A stretch of 64,000 nucleotides of DNA from Hemiscyllium ocellatum (GCF_020745735.1 NC_083417.1:72602001-72666000), one strand, 5' to 3'. Numbered from the stretch's first letter, positions 12,380 to 25,700 are shown. A program made the numbers and translations. The notes: a model not told the origin generated them from the sequence alone.

Positions 12380-13599
12380 GTGCTTGAATCTGTGTTTTCG
12401 GTGGACTAATTTGTTGAGGTACAAATGGCACATAGTGGTATGGGAGTAAATCTGGCACCCCATTCAAAGTACCACACTGGTATGATGGACCAAATATGCT
12501 TCAGGACTCTTGGATTCTATGGATGAACTTGCTTTTTATGTTAGCATCCATGCATTCGAAGTTTGTGTAAAGGTTTGTAGCTCGGGTGATGGTTGCAGTT
12601 GTTGTGGACATGTTCACTGAGCTGCAAACCAATTTGCCAGCCCGCTGAACATTCTCACAGCAACTACACTCATTCATTCATGATGGAGGGCGCTATGTGT
12701 TCTCACGCTGATTACGACAATTACATTATGATGTCGAGGTGCTGGTGTTGGACGGGGGTGGGCAAGGCCAAAAGTCACAAACACCAGATTATAGCCATAC
12801 AGGATTGTCTTGTTATAGTTTGTGAGCTGAGCAATGTTGTTTATCCCAATTGCAGTTCTGGTGATACTCTTAAAATGAATGAAATTGACATTTGTCATTC
12901 AAAAATTTGATCCCATGAAAGGGTTTGCACTACAGGGACAGGCTAAATAAGCTGGGGCTGTCTTCCCTGGAGCATCAATGCCTATGTTTCCAACGTAGAC
13001 TGGTCCCAAAATAGTATACAAGAATCTTTTTAGATGTTTTATGAAAAGCCTATCATTTCAGCGCATCTACTGTAGCCAAACCTGGGACCAGTACCTCTGC
13101 TCTAACTGATCTTAATTAAGCATTGGGTTTATAAATGTCAACTTTATGTCAGGTCCTCCAGGATTCAAATTGATAACAAAATCTTCACGTAATGACTTTG
13201 TAAATGACAGTGTCTTGAATATTTGAGATTAATGGATGACACAAAAGGTATTGATGATCAGCTAGTATGCATTGCTGACTGCTGGAGCTGATGTTAAAAC
13301 CATACAGGTTACCATTTACAATTGACAGACACTTACATTTGTAATTACAAATGGAATATTCATTTTGTCAAAACAGCAGGGAGAGGCAGATATGGTAGAA
13401 CCTCAAGATGCATATTTAGCTGGCTTTGTAGGTGCCAATTTAAGAATCCAAGGTTTAAAAAAAATCCCCAAAGAATTGGGAATGCTGGAAATCAGAAATA
13501 AAAACAGAAATTGTTGGAAAAACTCAGAAGGTTGGCAACATCTGTGGAGAGAAAGAAGAGTCAACGTTTCAGCTCCAGAGATTTTTTTACAGACAAGAT

Positions 13600-14320
13600 G
13601 CACAGTGTATCACTCCGCAGGCATTGAACATTGAGTGCAGGTTCATAGTTCCTTGGAAGTGGAGCCACAGGTAGGTAGAATAGTGAAGAATGCGTTTGGT
13701 ATGCATTCCTTTATTGGTCAGAGCATTGTGTACAGATCATGTTGTGACTGTACAGGACATTGGTTTGGCTACCTTTGGAATATTGCGTGCAATTCTGGTC
13801 TCCTTTCTATCGGAAGGATGTCGTGAAACTTGAAAGGGTTCAGAAACAATTTACAAGGATGTTGCTAGCATTGGAGGATTTGAGCTATAGGGAAAAGTTA
13901 AATAGGCTGGAGATGTTTTCCCTGGAGCATCGGAGGCTAAGGTGTGATCTTATAGAGGTTCATAAAATCATGAGGGGCATGGATAGGATGAATAGACAAA
14001 CTCTTTTCCCTGGGGTGGGCGAGTCCAGAACTGGATGGAAAGTTTTAGAGTGAGAGGGGAAAGATATAAAAGAGACCTAGAGGCCAACGCTTTCACACAG
14101 AGGTTGGCACATGTATGGAATGAGCTGTCAGAGAAAGTGGTGGAGGCTGGTAGACTTGCAACATGTAAAAGTAATCTAGATGAGTATGTGAATAGGAAGG
14201 GTTTGGAGGGATTTGGGGCAGGTGCTGGCAGGTGGGACTAGATTAGATTGGGATATCTGGTCCAAAGGACGTGGACTGAAGGGTCTATTTCCGGGCTGTA
14301 CATCTCTATGACTCTATTAA
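13600..14320 (+). mobile_element. CR1 3' end
   Basis: ORFs 13760-14053 (EYCVQFWSPFYRKDVVKLERVQ) and 14035-14241. Confidence 0.9.
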
Positions 14321-14429
14321 AACCAAAGAGTTAGAGGAAACGATTGTGTGCCTGTCATTCAAACATTGTTGAAGTATTAGTCCCAGTTCTATAAATTAAT
14401 GTTAATCATCATGTAAGATCTATGGACAT

Positions 14430-16180
14430 CTACTTGACATCAGTTATCACAGTGGAAGACACCAGCAGCATATCAGAATTTCAATAGATTCTGGAGGCAA
14501 AGGAGAGTGCAGTGGCTGTTACAAGCAAAATGTGCTGTGGAAGCTGAAAGATCTGAAGGAAGATAAATCACCCATACCAGAAGTACAGCCATGAATTCTC
14601 ATGGAGATCATAGAGGCATTTGTGGTGATCGGTCAGGAATCGTTGGACTCAAGGGCAATAGCAAAGGACTGGAAAATAGCTGGAGTTTTACACCTGTTTA
14701 AGGGCAGCACGGTGGCTCAGGGGTTAGCACTGATTCCTCATACCGTCAGGGACCTGGGATTGATTCCATTCTTGGGTGACTGTCTGTATGGAGATTGCAC
14801 ATTCTCCCTGCGTCTGTGTGGGTTTCCTCAGGGTGCTGTGGCTTCTTCCCACAATCTAAAGATGTGCAGGTTAGATAGATTGGGCATGCTAAATTACCCA
14901 TAGCATTCAGAGATGTGTCAATTAGGTGCATTAGTCAGGGATAAATGTAGAGTAATAGGGTAGGGGAACTGATCTGGGTGGGTTACTCCTCGGAGGGTTA
15001 GTATGGACATGTTGGACCAAATGGCCTGTTTCCACATTTTATGGATTCTATGAAGGGAGGTGGGCAACAATTAGCAAACTATAGTCAATATCATGGGGAA
15101 GAATTTAAAATTTTAGATTTTTGAATTCCTTATTAAGGACAAGTTAGCATGGTAACATAAAGCTGAATCACCTGACTTTGTAAGGGGTGGGTCATGTCAG
15201 ATAAATCTATTAGAATTCTTAGCGGAGGTGAAGAGCACGTTCGAGAAAGGAAAGCCAGTGGATGTGATCTATTTGGAGTTTCAGAAGGTGCCACACAGGA
15301 GACTGCTCAATAAGATAAGAGCCCATGGTGTTCAGAGCAAGTTATTGGCTTGGACACAGGATTGGCCGACAGGTAGAAGGTAGAGAACAGAGATAAAAGG
15401 GTGTTCTCCACAATGGCAGCCAGTGACTAGTAGAGTTCTACAGGGGTCAGTGTTGGCATCAATAATATTCATAAACTATATTAACAATCAGGATGGAGGA
15501 ACTAAGATTGTTGATGTCACAAAGATTGCTGGAGTGAAAGGTCGAGTTCAGGAAGCTGGGAGACTGTGGAATGACTTGCACAGGATAGGAGAGTGGGTAA
15601 AGAAATGGCAGTTGGAATACAATACAGAAAAGTGTGAGGTTATGCATTTCAGTGGGAGAAATAGAGGCATAGAAATTTTTTATAAATGGTGAAAGGTTTA
15701 GTAAAAGTGAAACACAAAGGGACTTGCGAATCTGGGTTCTGGATTCTGGTAAAGTTTACATGCATGTTCAGGTGGTAGCTTAGACAGCAAATGCAATATT
15801 AGAAAACATTTTCCGAGGGCTAGAATGCAAGCACACAGATACACTGTTGATCAGCCTTCATTTGGAATCTTGTAAGTAGTTTTGGGCCACGTATCCAGGC
15901 ACGTTTGAGCTGTTGTTGGAAGAGGTCCAGAAGATGGTTACAAGAATGATCCACGTAGAGGACTCTAGGTTTGTACTCTATGGAGTTTAGAAGGATGAGG
16001 GGGCTTTTCATTGTAACGTTTGGGATACTGACAGGCCTGAATACAGTGATTCATTCCACAAGAAGAAGTAATCAGGAGTCAAGAGCACAGTCTCAAAGTG
16101 AAGTACGGAACTGAAATGAGAAGGAATTGTAGCCCGAGGGTGGATACTCTGTAACGCGCGCTGCTGCATAAGGTTTCAGA
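14430..16180 (+). mobile_element. fragmented old CR1 RT region with nested diverged HE1 SINE (14702-15052)
   Basis: QGSVL...FINYINN, WQLEYNTEKCEVMHF. The SINE head/core is recognisable at 14702. Confidence 0.8.
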
Positions 16181-16204
16181 TGCAAAGTCATTGAGTGTAT
16201 GTAA

Positions 16205-16600
16205 GACACATATGCACCATCCTCTACGTGAAAAAGTTTCACCTTATGTATGTGTTTAAATTTTTCCCATCGCATCCTAAACCTATACCCTCTAGTTCTG
16301 GACTTGCCCGCCCCAGGGAAATTTATCCTATCCATGCCTCTCATGATTTTATAAACCTCTATAAGGTCACCCCTCAACCTCCGACACTCGAGTGACACTC
16401 CAGCGGAGAACTGCCTCAGGCTATTCAGCTTATCCAACTAGCTCTACTCTCCAACCCTGGCAACACCCTTCTAAGTCTTTTCTGAACACTTTCAAGTTTC
16501 ACAAGATCCTTCCAATAGGAGGAAGACCAGACATTCACAAAATATTCCAAAAGTCGCCTAGCCAATTTTCTGTAAAACCGCAAATTGACAGGGTTGAGAA
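16205..16600 (-). mobile_element. CR1 3' fragment
   Basis: RRLRGDLIEVYKIMRGMDR...SRTRGYRF (ORF 16093-16437). Confidence 0.85.
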
Positions 16601-16909
16601 CCACGTCAGCAATTATCAAATGCGGAGCAGATGGGCTGAATGGTTGCACACTGCTCCTATATACTATGATCTAAGGTAAATGGATATTTTCATGAATGTA
16701 TGTCTTTTAGGTTTGGAGAAATTGGAGAATTTCAGAAATGCACGTGAGAAAGGAAGAGAATAGCGTAAAAATCTAATCAACATAATAGAAGTGAAAACAT
16801 TTTTGTGTTAGCTGAGACTTCTTCATCAAGAAAATGCGTATTGAATTTAGTTAGGTTTATTTTCACATGTACTCAGATGAGTGCAGTGAAAAGTTCACCT
16901 GCAGCCATT

Positions 16910-19560
16910 GACTGCATTGATCAGTACTGGGACCTACGATGTTGTGGTCATAACAGAGACATGGACTTCACAGGAGCACGAATCGTTGCTGGATGTTCCA
17001 GGGTTTAGATCTTTTCAAAAGAACAGGGATGGGGGAAAAAGAGGCACGAGCCAGTTTCTACCCGACTGTTGTTAGAATACTGAATGGACATAAAAAAACT
17101 CTTAACATTCCTCTGTACCTGTGTTTTCGTTTTTGCCACTGTTTACCTACTACTTACTATCTATGCTACTTAACTATGTGATCTGTCTGTATTGATAGCA
17201 AGACAAACATTTTCACTGTGCCTCAGTAGGTGTGACAACAAATTCAAGAGGAGGGAGTGTAGCATTGTAAATTAGAGAGTCCATCACAGGTGCAGAAAAG
17301 GAGGATTTGTTAACTGTGTCAGTATGGGTGGAACTCAGTAACAGGAAAGGAGTAATCACTTTATTGGTGTTTTCTAAAGACCCAACAATAGCAACAGAGA
17401 CAAGGAAGAATAGGTTGGAAAGCACATCGCAGAAAGGTGGAGACAGAAATATTGTTCTGCCTGACTTCAACTTCCCCAATATTAATTGAAACCTCTTTAG
17501 TGCAGATCGGCTGGATGGAGCTGATTTTGTCAGGTGTGTCCAGAAAGGATTCCTGACTCAATACATAGGTAAAATTAAAGTGGTGCTGGAAAAGCACAGC
17601 AGGTCAGGCAGCGTCTGAGGAGCAGGAAAATCGATGTTTCAAGCAGAAGCCCATCACCATTCCTGATGCTGCCTGACCTGCTGTGGTATTACAGCACCAC
17701 TCTAACCTCGTCTCTGATCTCCAGCATCTGCAGTCCTCACTTTCACCTACATAATATGTCGGCATTCTGACTGTGGGAAGGCCACATTGGATTTGGTGCG
17801 AGGCAATGAGCCAGGCCAGGTGTCAGATCTCTCGGTGGGAGAGCGTTTTGGTGACAGTGACCTCCTCACTTTTGCCATAGCCATGTTGGGGTTGGGGGTT
17901 GGGGAATAGGAACAGACAGTATGGGAAGGTATTTAACTGAGGGAGGAGAAATTACACTAATAGCAGACAGGAACTGTGGAGCAAAAATAGGGAACAATTG
18001 TTCTATGCAAAATGCACAATGGAAATGTGGAGGCTGTTGAAGGAGCACTTGTTGCGAGTGTTAGATAACGTTGCCTCACTGAGACAGGCAAGGAATGGTA
18101 AAGTGAAGGAGCATTGGATGACAGGACAAGGGGAGTTTCTCGTCAAGAGAGTGAAGGAAATATATTTAAAGTTGAGGAAGCAAGGACCTGGCACAGCTTT
18201 AGACAATAACAGGGTATTTTGAAAATAACTCAAAAGTGGACTGAGGAGAGTTAGGAGGGGGCAAGAAAAAGGCTTAGCAGGAATGATTAGTGAAAACCCA
18301 AATGCAGTCTACACATAATATGAGGAACATTTGAATGATCAGAGAGAGATTCGGTACAGATCATGCCTCACAAGCTTTATTGAGTTCTTTGAGGATATGA
18401 TGAGACAAGTTGATGAAGATCGAGCAGTGGATGTGGTGTATATGGATTTCAATAAGACATTTGATAAGGTGCCCCACAGCAGAAGTTTGGAGGTATGAGA
18501 CACAGGGACATGTGGTTGTCTAGATACAGAAATGGCTGGCCAAAAGAAGAAGCTGGAAAGTATTCCAACTGGTGGTTAGTGGCCAGTGGTCTCCTGCAGA
18601 GATCTGTTCTTGGGCCTCTGTTCTCTGTAGCTTTTATAAATGACTTGGATGAAGTGGAAGGGTGGTTTAGTAGGTTTTTCAATGACACAATGTTCGGTTG
18701 TGTTGTAGGTAGTGTTGCGGGTTTTGCAGGCTATAGAAAGATACTGCCAGGATGCAGAGCTAGGCTGAGAAATACCAGATGTATTTTAACCTGGATAAAT
18801 GTGAAGCGATTCATTTTGGAAGATCGAATTTGAATGCTGAATGCAGGGTTAAAGACAGGATTCTTGGCAGAGTGGGAGAGCAACAGGTATTAGGGGTCCA
18901 TGAACCTCAAAGTTGCCGTCCATGTTGATAGGGTTGTTCAGGAGACATATGGCGTTTTGTCTTTCATTAACAGGGGAATTGAGTTTAAGAGCCAAGGGAC
19001 TTTGCGGCTGTTGGAGAAAACCCTGGTTAGACCACACTTGGAATATAGTGTCCAGTTCTAGTCGTCTCATTATAGGAAGGGCATAGATGCTTCAGAGAGG
19101 GTGCAGAGGAGATTTACAAGGTCGCTGCCTAGATTGGAGGGTATATTTTACGAAGAGAGTTTGAGTGAGTTTGGGCTTTTCACACTGGAGAGAAGTTAGA
19201 GAAGTGACTTGACCGAGGTGTGCAACGTAATGAGAGGCACAGACAGAGTAGATAGCCAGAGCCACTTCCCCAGGGCAGGAATGGCTGTCACGAAGGGTCA
19301 TAATTTTAAGGTGATTGGAAGAAGGTACAGGGTAGATTTCAGAAGTAGGCAGGAAGTGGTGGGTGATGAAATGCACTGCCAGCGTTGGTAGTGAAGTCAG
19401 AGACATTAGGGACATTTAAGCGACTTCTGGACAAGCATATGGTTGGCAATAAATTGAGGGATGTGTAGGTTAGGTTGATCTTAGATTAAGATAAATGCTC
19501 AGCACAACATCGTGGGCCATAACGCCTGAATGCTGCTGTACTGTTCCATGTTCTATGTCT
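16910..19560 (+). mobile_element. degenerate CR1 ORF2 (EN to 3' end) with nested short insertions
   Basis: VWVELSNRKG, DFNFPNI, RSVLGPLFSVAFINDL. Ends in TGTTCTATG. Confidence 0.85.
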
Positions 19561-19759
19561 TAGCCATATGTTGCAGAAAAGGTATATATTTCTGATATTT
19601 TCAAGAAAGCGAAAATAAACAGAATCTTCTCCAGGTGAATTCTGATTTTCTGTCTAAAATCAAAGCCTTTGCGCAGAAAATGTCAAATAAAATTTTGATT
19701 ATTTTCTTGAAAAGAACACATTTATCATTATAAAGAGCACTCTACATGGTCCTAGCAAG

Positions 19760-20180
19760 AAAAACGTAAAAGGTTGGGACTTCTTTCTCGGGAGATTAGG
19801 AGGTTGAAAGATGACCTGATAGAAGTTTATAAAATAATGAGGGGTACAGAAATGGTGAAGGGTAGTTGTCTTTTCCCGAGAATGGGCGATTTCAAAACTA
19901 GTGGCACATTTTTAAGTTGAGAGGAGGGAGATTTTAAAAAGGCATGAGGGGCAATGTTTTTACACAGAAGTTGGTTCAAATGTGGAATGAACTTCCTGAG
20001 GAAGTGATGGATGTGAGGGCAATTACATCGATTAAAACACATATGGATAAGTCCATCAATGGGAAATGTTTGGTGGATTATGGACAAGAGCAGGCGGACG
20101 GGACTAGTTTAGTTTGGGATGAGGGTTGGCATGGATTGGTCGGACCTAAGGGTCTGTTTCTGTGTGGTATGATTCTTTGT
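19760..20180 (+). mobile_element. CR1 3' end adjacent to the C1 exon
   Basis: GNVFTQKLVQMWNELPEEV. The same insertion is present next to all three C1 copies (also ~51140-51550 and 59790-60200). Confidence 0.85.
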
Positions 20181-20232
20181 ATCACAGATTTGATGTGCGT
20201 TATTAATGATGTGGTTCCAGTAGAATTCTTAC

Positions 20233-20544
20233 CTGGGTTGCCATTCGTTACGATGTGACTGACCACGGCTGAAATTTGGAGGGTGCTGTGGGATACCATG
20301 CAGGTGTAAACAGTTCTGGCTCGGATTGCCTGTGTTTCTTCCAACCGGCTGTATGCTTCGTATAGTCTGTCGTCTATTGCGCGAATTACTGTACTGATTC
20401 CTGTTGTAGTTTTACTGCCATCTTTGTACCAAGTAAAGCTGATATCACTCGGGTAAAAAGGAGATGTGGAGCATAAAACAGCAAGGGTCACGGATGGATC
20501 TTTTCCAGGCTGCTGAGAGAGAATATTCAGTGGAGTCGGTGGAA
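20233..20544 (-). CDS. Ig C1-set constant-domain exon, receptor gene A
   Basis: Acceptor TTCACTTCCCTAG, donor G|GTAAGA, 312 nt, phase 1-1. Encodes VPPTPLNILSQQPGKDPSVTLAVLCSTSPFYPSDISFTWYKDG...VYTCMVSHSTL, with C1 hallmarks C-x4-FYP, W and YxCxVxH. Confidence 0.93.
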
Positions 20545-21175
20545 CTAGGGAAGTGAACAGGAGGAAAAAAGAAAGTTACCTCGACGTCAGAAGACGATTA
20601 CAACCCAATCTTTTGTTTCGGGCGATTGCTAGGCAGTTACTGTCCAGTTGTGGGGGAAGGTGCTCATAGAGGTGATGGGTGAACAATGCATGCTGTTGGT
20701 GTCGAGACGCGAACACAGCAAAGTATCAAAGGAAACATTAACTCATCCCTGGACAAAGCACGGGCAAGAGAACATGGACCGCTGTTATTACAGACCTCAG
20801 TTTTTCTGTTGGAAATAACTGTCGAGAGGCTCCTGAATTGGATCCATGATGTGCTATCTCCGATGGTGCAATAAGGCAGCTTTGGAAACGACTTAACAAC
20901 AGAGGGGAAAAGTAACTGATCCATAACTGACGCAGAAGCCAACGGAGTCACTTACTTATTGCAAGGCAAAGGCATGTGGAATGAACAGGACATGGCTTCA
21001 GCAGTTTTTAGATTTTAGAAATATCAGCCTTCAAAATTTTGATGTTTACACATTAAAACTACACCAGCACAAAAAAAAAGGTGCCCGGACTGTGGTGCTG
21101 GAAAAGCAGTGCAGGTCAGGCAGCATCCGATGAGCAGGAGAAACGCCGTTTCAGGCACAAAGCCCTTTATCAGGA

Positions 21176-21345
21176 ATGCTGCCCGACTTGCTGTACTTTT
21201 CAAGTCTCCTGCTTCTCGGATGCTACCTGGCCTGCGCTGCTTTTCCAGTTTCGTGCCCCTCGGATGCTCAATGGCCTGCTGTGCTTTTCCAATCTCCTGC
21301 TTCTCGGATGCTGCCTGACCTGCTGTGCTTCTCCAGCACCACACT
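21176..21345 (+). repeat. 44-nt tandem repeat (4 units) derived from the tail of a short Penelope-type element
   Basis: TGCTGCCTGACCTGCTGTGCTTTTCCAGTCTCCTGCTTCTCGGA-like units. 5 units at ~61196-61410 and 3 units at ~53044-53170. Confidence 0.85.
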
Positions 21346-22184
21346 CTTGATTCTATCCGCCAGCATCTGCAATCCTCAACTTTGCTTAAAAATACACCCG
21401 TCAAGTAATGTCATCAGCAAAATTAAACAGACATTGCTGGAGAAACTCAACCGGTCTGGCAGCATCTGTGAAAAAGGCAGGGTTAAAACGTGGGCACCAG
21501 GGAACCTTCTTCTGAACTATCAACTATGAGCAAAGAGGATGTCAAAAATAAATTAACAAATATGATCAAATCGGTGTCACCCGCGACGGGCTATTGCTCT
21601 TCACCAATATCATTGAAATGCCGGAGCAATTTTTTCCAGACACTGGAATCTTTACTGAAAGCAACAAATGCTGGCGATCACAGCGGGTCAGACAGCATCC
21701 GTGGAGAGAGAGCAAGTTTACGTTTAGATGACCCTTGATAAGGACATGTATCTTTTCATCATATTTCAAGAGTGCTTGAGTTTCCTGCTTATGTCCCACG
21801 GCTGTATAATTCAGGTACATTTGCTGACACATCATTCTAAACTATTGAAACACTGAACATGAAGGACAGCAGTCAGCGATGCAATTTAAATGTGGGCATG
21901 TATCAGGAACTGTGGAGATGTCTCCAAGGAGCGCACACACACCGTCTGCCATTCGGACCTGCTTGGACACTATGTCACCCAAAACATACAGCAACGTTGC
22001 TGACTCTCAATAACTCTCCCAGTTGAACAAGGAAACCACTCAGTTCAAGGATAATTGCGGTTGGACAAAAATGTTAACTTGCCATTGAAGAACATACAAC
22101 ATCAAATACATTGTTAATAAATCCTGTAAAGTGAACTTTTCCAAGCACACCTGAGAATCGCTCAACTTTCACTTTCATACATAC

Positions 22185-22505
22185 CCAACACTGTTAAATT
22201 GGACCCTGTTCCGTTTCCAATCAATTTGCCTTGACGGACGATTGTGCAATAGTACATTCCTCTGTCCTGTACATTGACATTGAATATCTGAAGGAAGCCA
22301 CTGTATTTATTTTTGCGGCCAGTTACTTTTCGGTCATCTTGTTCCACGTTGAGATAATGAGGATCACCTTGCTTCCACCAGATTACCTTGACAGCTTGGT
22401 CGTTTTGAAAAGAATGAAGCCAGCACTGGAAGGACACATTTGCACCCACAGGTTCAGTCACGTTCACTGGTAACTGGGTCACTTTATCCCTGTTTATTCC
22501 AGAGA
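22185..22505 (-). CDS. germline-joined VJ-type Ig V-domain exon, receptor gene A
   Basis: Acceptor CTCTTTCTCTAG, donor G|GTATGT, 321 nt, phase 1-1. Encodes VSGINRDKVTQLPVNVTEPVGANVSFQC...VIWWKQG...FLQIFNVNVQDRGMYYC...GNGTGSNLTVL: canonical Cys/Trp, DxGxYYC and a J-like G strand in one exon. Confidence 0.95.
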
Positions 22506-22683
22506 CTAGAGAAAGAGACAGTCACACACAAATTAGCAAGATTAAATAAAAGAGTTAAAAGAGTGCAGTTCAGTAATTGTCTTAAACTGTCCAAAGGAGA
22601 ACAGTACAGAATATATTAAATAAAGACTAAATAAGAGCTCGACTTTATGGAAAGGCAGTATACTGTAGAAAGAGAGAAAATAC

Positions 22684-22738
22684 CTGGGAAAATTGATGTC
22701 TGAAAAAAGAGACAGAAAAGTGCAATACTCAAGAACAT
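22684..22738 (-). CDS. signal-peptide (leader) exon, receptor gene A
   Basis: ACCAACATG start; MFLSIALFCLFFQTSIFP then G|GTATTT (55 nt, phase 1); in frame with the V exon. Confidence 0.85.
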
Positions 22739-23689
22739 GTTGGTGTATTTGCCAGAGAGACAGAGCGTGAACTGGCTGATAATTTGCAAGAAGTTGAAAG
22801 TACAGTTGGACAGATAGTATCAAAGTGCAGCGTAACATCCGGTTCAATGATCTGGACCGTGATTTTATTTTGTTCCTTTTGCTGAAGTTCAGTGCAGCAG
22901 TTCGTCATTCGCTGTGTACGGCTCGAGTTGATCATTCAAGCCAGTATTTCCCTCTGTAGGGGACGTGTGGACTGTATGAGAGAACAAACGTAGAACATAG
23001 AACATAGAACAGTATAACACAGATCAGGCCTTTCAGGCCACGATGTTGTGCCAACCACTGATCCTCATGTATGCACCCTCAAACTTCTGTGACCATATGC
23101 ATGTCCAGTAGTCTGTGTGTTCTTTCAAATTATCACATTTAAAATTCCTAACAGCCCCACCCCCCTCCCACCATCCCCACCCCGCAATATACGAACAACA
23201 CTCTAGGTTGCATATTTATAAAAGATCAATACTTTGCTTCCCCACCTTTCGAGGAAGTGTGATGCGATGCAAAGGTATTGGTCTATCGGTGTGAGAAAAA
23301 GACATTCTCCTCAGTGATGTGTTACACTGAGGACTCTGAGTTTCTGCAACTGCCATTAATTCTCCAATCTCCCTCAATTGTAAATATTCTGGCAACATGC
23401 ACCCTGCCAAGACCCACTTTGGATTCTGTATGTTTCAGTCAATTTGACTTATGCTTCTATAAGCTTCATCTGGACTTTCCAATCGTCATAAATCAATGGG
23501 TCGCTTCGAAATATTATTCTGGTAAATCATCTCTGGCCTGCTCTCAAAGCATGTACATCTTTCCTTAAATAACAAGAACACTATTATATGAACGATGCCA
23601 GATATTATCTCACTAATACCATGTGTACTAAACATAACCTCCTTACTTTTCTGTTTTTCATGAGTGATCTTGCAACCTCCCAAACGGAA

Positions 23690-24410
23690 ATCATGGATGA
23701 ACTGGGAGATCCAATCCATACTGAAGGCCAGGTCAGAGCAGTACAAGTCGGGCAGCTCTGGGCTATAGGGAAAATCCAGCTATGACCTTCAGAAGACCAT
23801 CAGAGATGCAAGATGTAATACAAATCCAAGCTTGACATCCAGACCAACCACACGGACAGCTATCATTTGTGGCAAGGCTTGCATCAGCTTACAAATGAAA
23901 GACAAACAGAATTGCAGGCAATACTGCGCTCCTATTCAATTATCTCACTGTATTCTGTGGTCACTTTGAATTGAAGGTTACTGAAACCATGCCACCTATC
24001 GCAACAGCCTCCGATTCACCTGCTCCCACATACAATGCAGCAGATGGTAGATCAGTTCACTCCTCCCATTGACCAACCCGGTCATATTCACCACCTGTAT
24101 TCACATATCACTACCTTATCACTCCACCCCTCTCTCCATCATAACCCTTCACCCATCTGCTTTATCTACAGCTCCCGCTACTACCACCTCCATTCCGGTG
24201 AGAGGGTTATACTGGAAAGGTTGACTTCTCCAACGTCCTGTCGGAGTTCCTGGCCTTGCATTCAGACCCCGTGCAGACCAACAGGCAGGAGTATACCCAG
24301 AAATGTTTTATCTTTTCTTACTCAGATTTGAAGTCCCCACCTGCTTCAAGAAAATCACCATAATCTATGTACCAAAGGATAATCATGCAATGTGTGTCGC
24401 GGACTATCCA
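23690..24410 (+). mobile_element. Rex1/Babar-like LINE fragment
   Basis: W-M..EI..LL...; ..HLWQGL; VPTCFKKITII-like motifs typical of the Rex1 tether/RT start. Confidence 0.55.
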
Positions 24411-24689
24411 TAAAACAAAATCTATCTCAGATTTAAAATCACTAACTACTTTGAATTCATTGTCAGAAGTGGAAGGGAGTTTGGAACATTTGCGACCCTT
24501 TTTACTCTAATCATCGAGGTATCAAGGCCAGCTTTTCTTTAGCTTTTTTGATTACTTTCTGAACATCTCATGACATTTTAAAGACCTTTCCAGATGAACC
24601 ACTAAGTCTCTTTGGACATTCACTGTACTTAAGTTCATACCAGTTCGAAAGTACCCGGATTTCTCATTTTCTTGATCCTAAATGGATCA

Positions 24690-25700
24690 CATAAAATATA
24701 CAACAGTGCAGGTCAGTATAGGCTCTTCGGCCTTTGGTGTTATGCCAAGTTTTAATCCTACTCTAAGATCAAGATATCTTTTGTGCTCTTCATTTCATTA
24801 TCATCCATTCCACAAACCCATCACTCCGTGTGCAGAGAACCGACATTTACTCTCAACCTTCCATCAATCACATTGAAATCATGGCCCCTTGTAATAGCCA
24901 TTTCCGCACTGGGAAAAAGTCTCTGACTATTTACTATGTCGATGTATCTCACCATCTTGTCCACGTCGATCAAGTTGCCTCTCATCCTTCTTTGATCTAA
25001 TGAGAAAAGCCGAAGCTTCCTCAAACTTTCTTCATAAGACATGCCCTTAAGTCCAGGCAGCATCCCTGTAAATCTCCTCTGCATATTCTCTACAGCTTCC
25101 ACATCCTTCCTATAATGAGACAACCAGAAATGAAAACAATATTCCAAGTGTGTTCTAACCAGGGCTCTATAGAGTGCAGAATAACCTCGTGGATCTTAAA
25201 CTCAATCCCCCTGCTAATGAAAGCCAACACACCATTGTGGACATGAAACCCAAGATTTCTCTGATACTCCACATGGCCGAGAATTCTGCCCATAACCTTG
25301 TATACTGCATTCAAATTCAACCTTGTAAAATGAATCACTTCACACTTTTCCAGGTTGAACTCCATCTGCCATTTATCAGCCTAGTTTTGCATCCTTTCAA
25401 TTCCCGTTGCAACCTATAACAGTCCTCCACACTGTCCACCACTACACCAACATTTGTGTCATCAGCCCACCTTTCCATTTCCTCATCCAAGTCTTTTATA
25501 AAATTCACAAAGAGTAGAGGTCCTAGATCAGATCCCTGTAGAATATCAATGATAACTGAGTGCCAGGCTGAATATGTACCTTCCAGCACTACCCTCTGTC
25601 TTCTATGGGACAGCCAATTCTGTACACAGTCAAATTTACTGTATCCCATGCCTCCTTAGTTTCTGAATGAGCCTACCATGAGGCACCTTATCAGAGGCCT
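24690..25700 (-). mobile_element. CR1 RT to 3' end
   Basis: QGSDLGPLLFVNFIKDL, WADDTNVG, MEFNLEKCEVIHF, EYCFHFWLSHYRKD. Confidence 0.9.

Larger units (their letters stand above)
13460..23932. repeat. segmental duplication unit 1 (paired with 53296-64000)
   Basis: Colinear, base-level similarity including the same nested TE fragments and the L/VJ/C1 exons. Offset ~39.8-40.1 kb. Confidence 0.95.
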
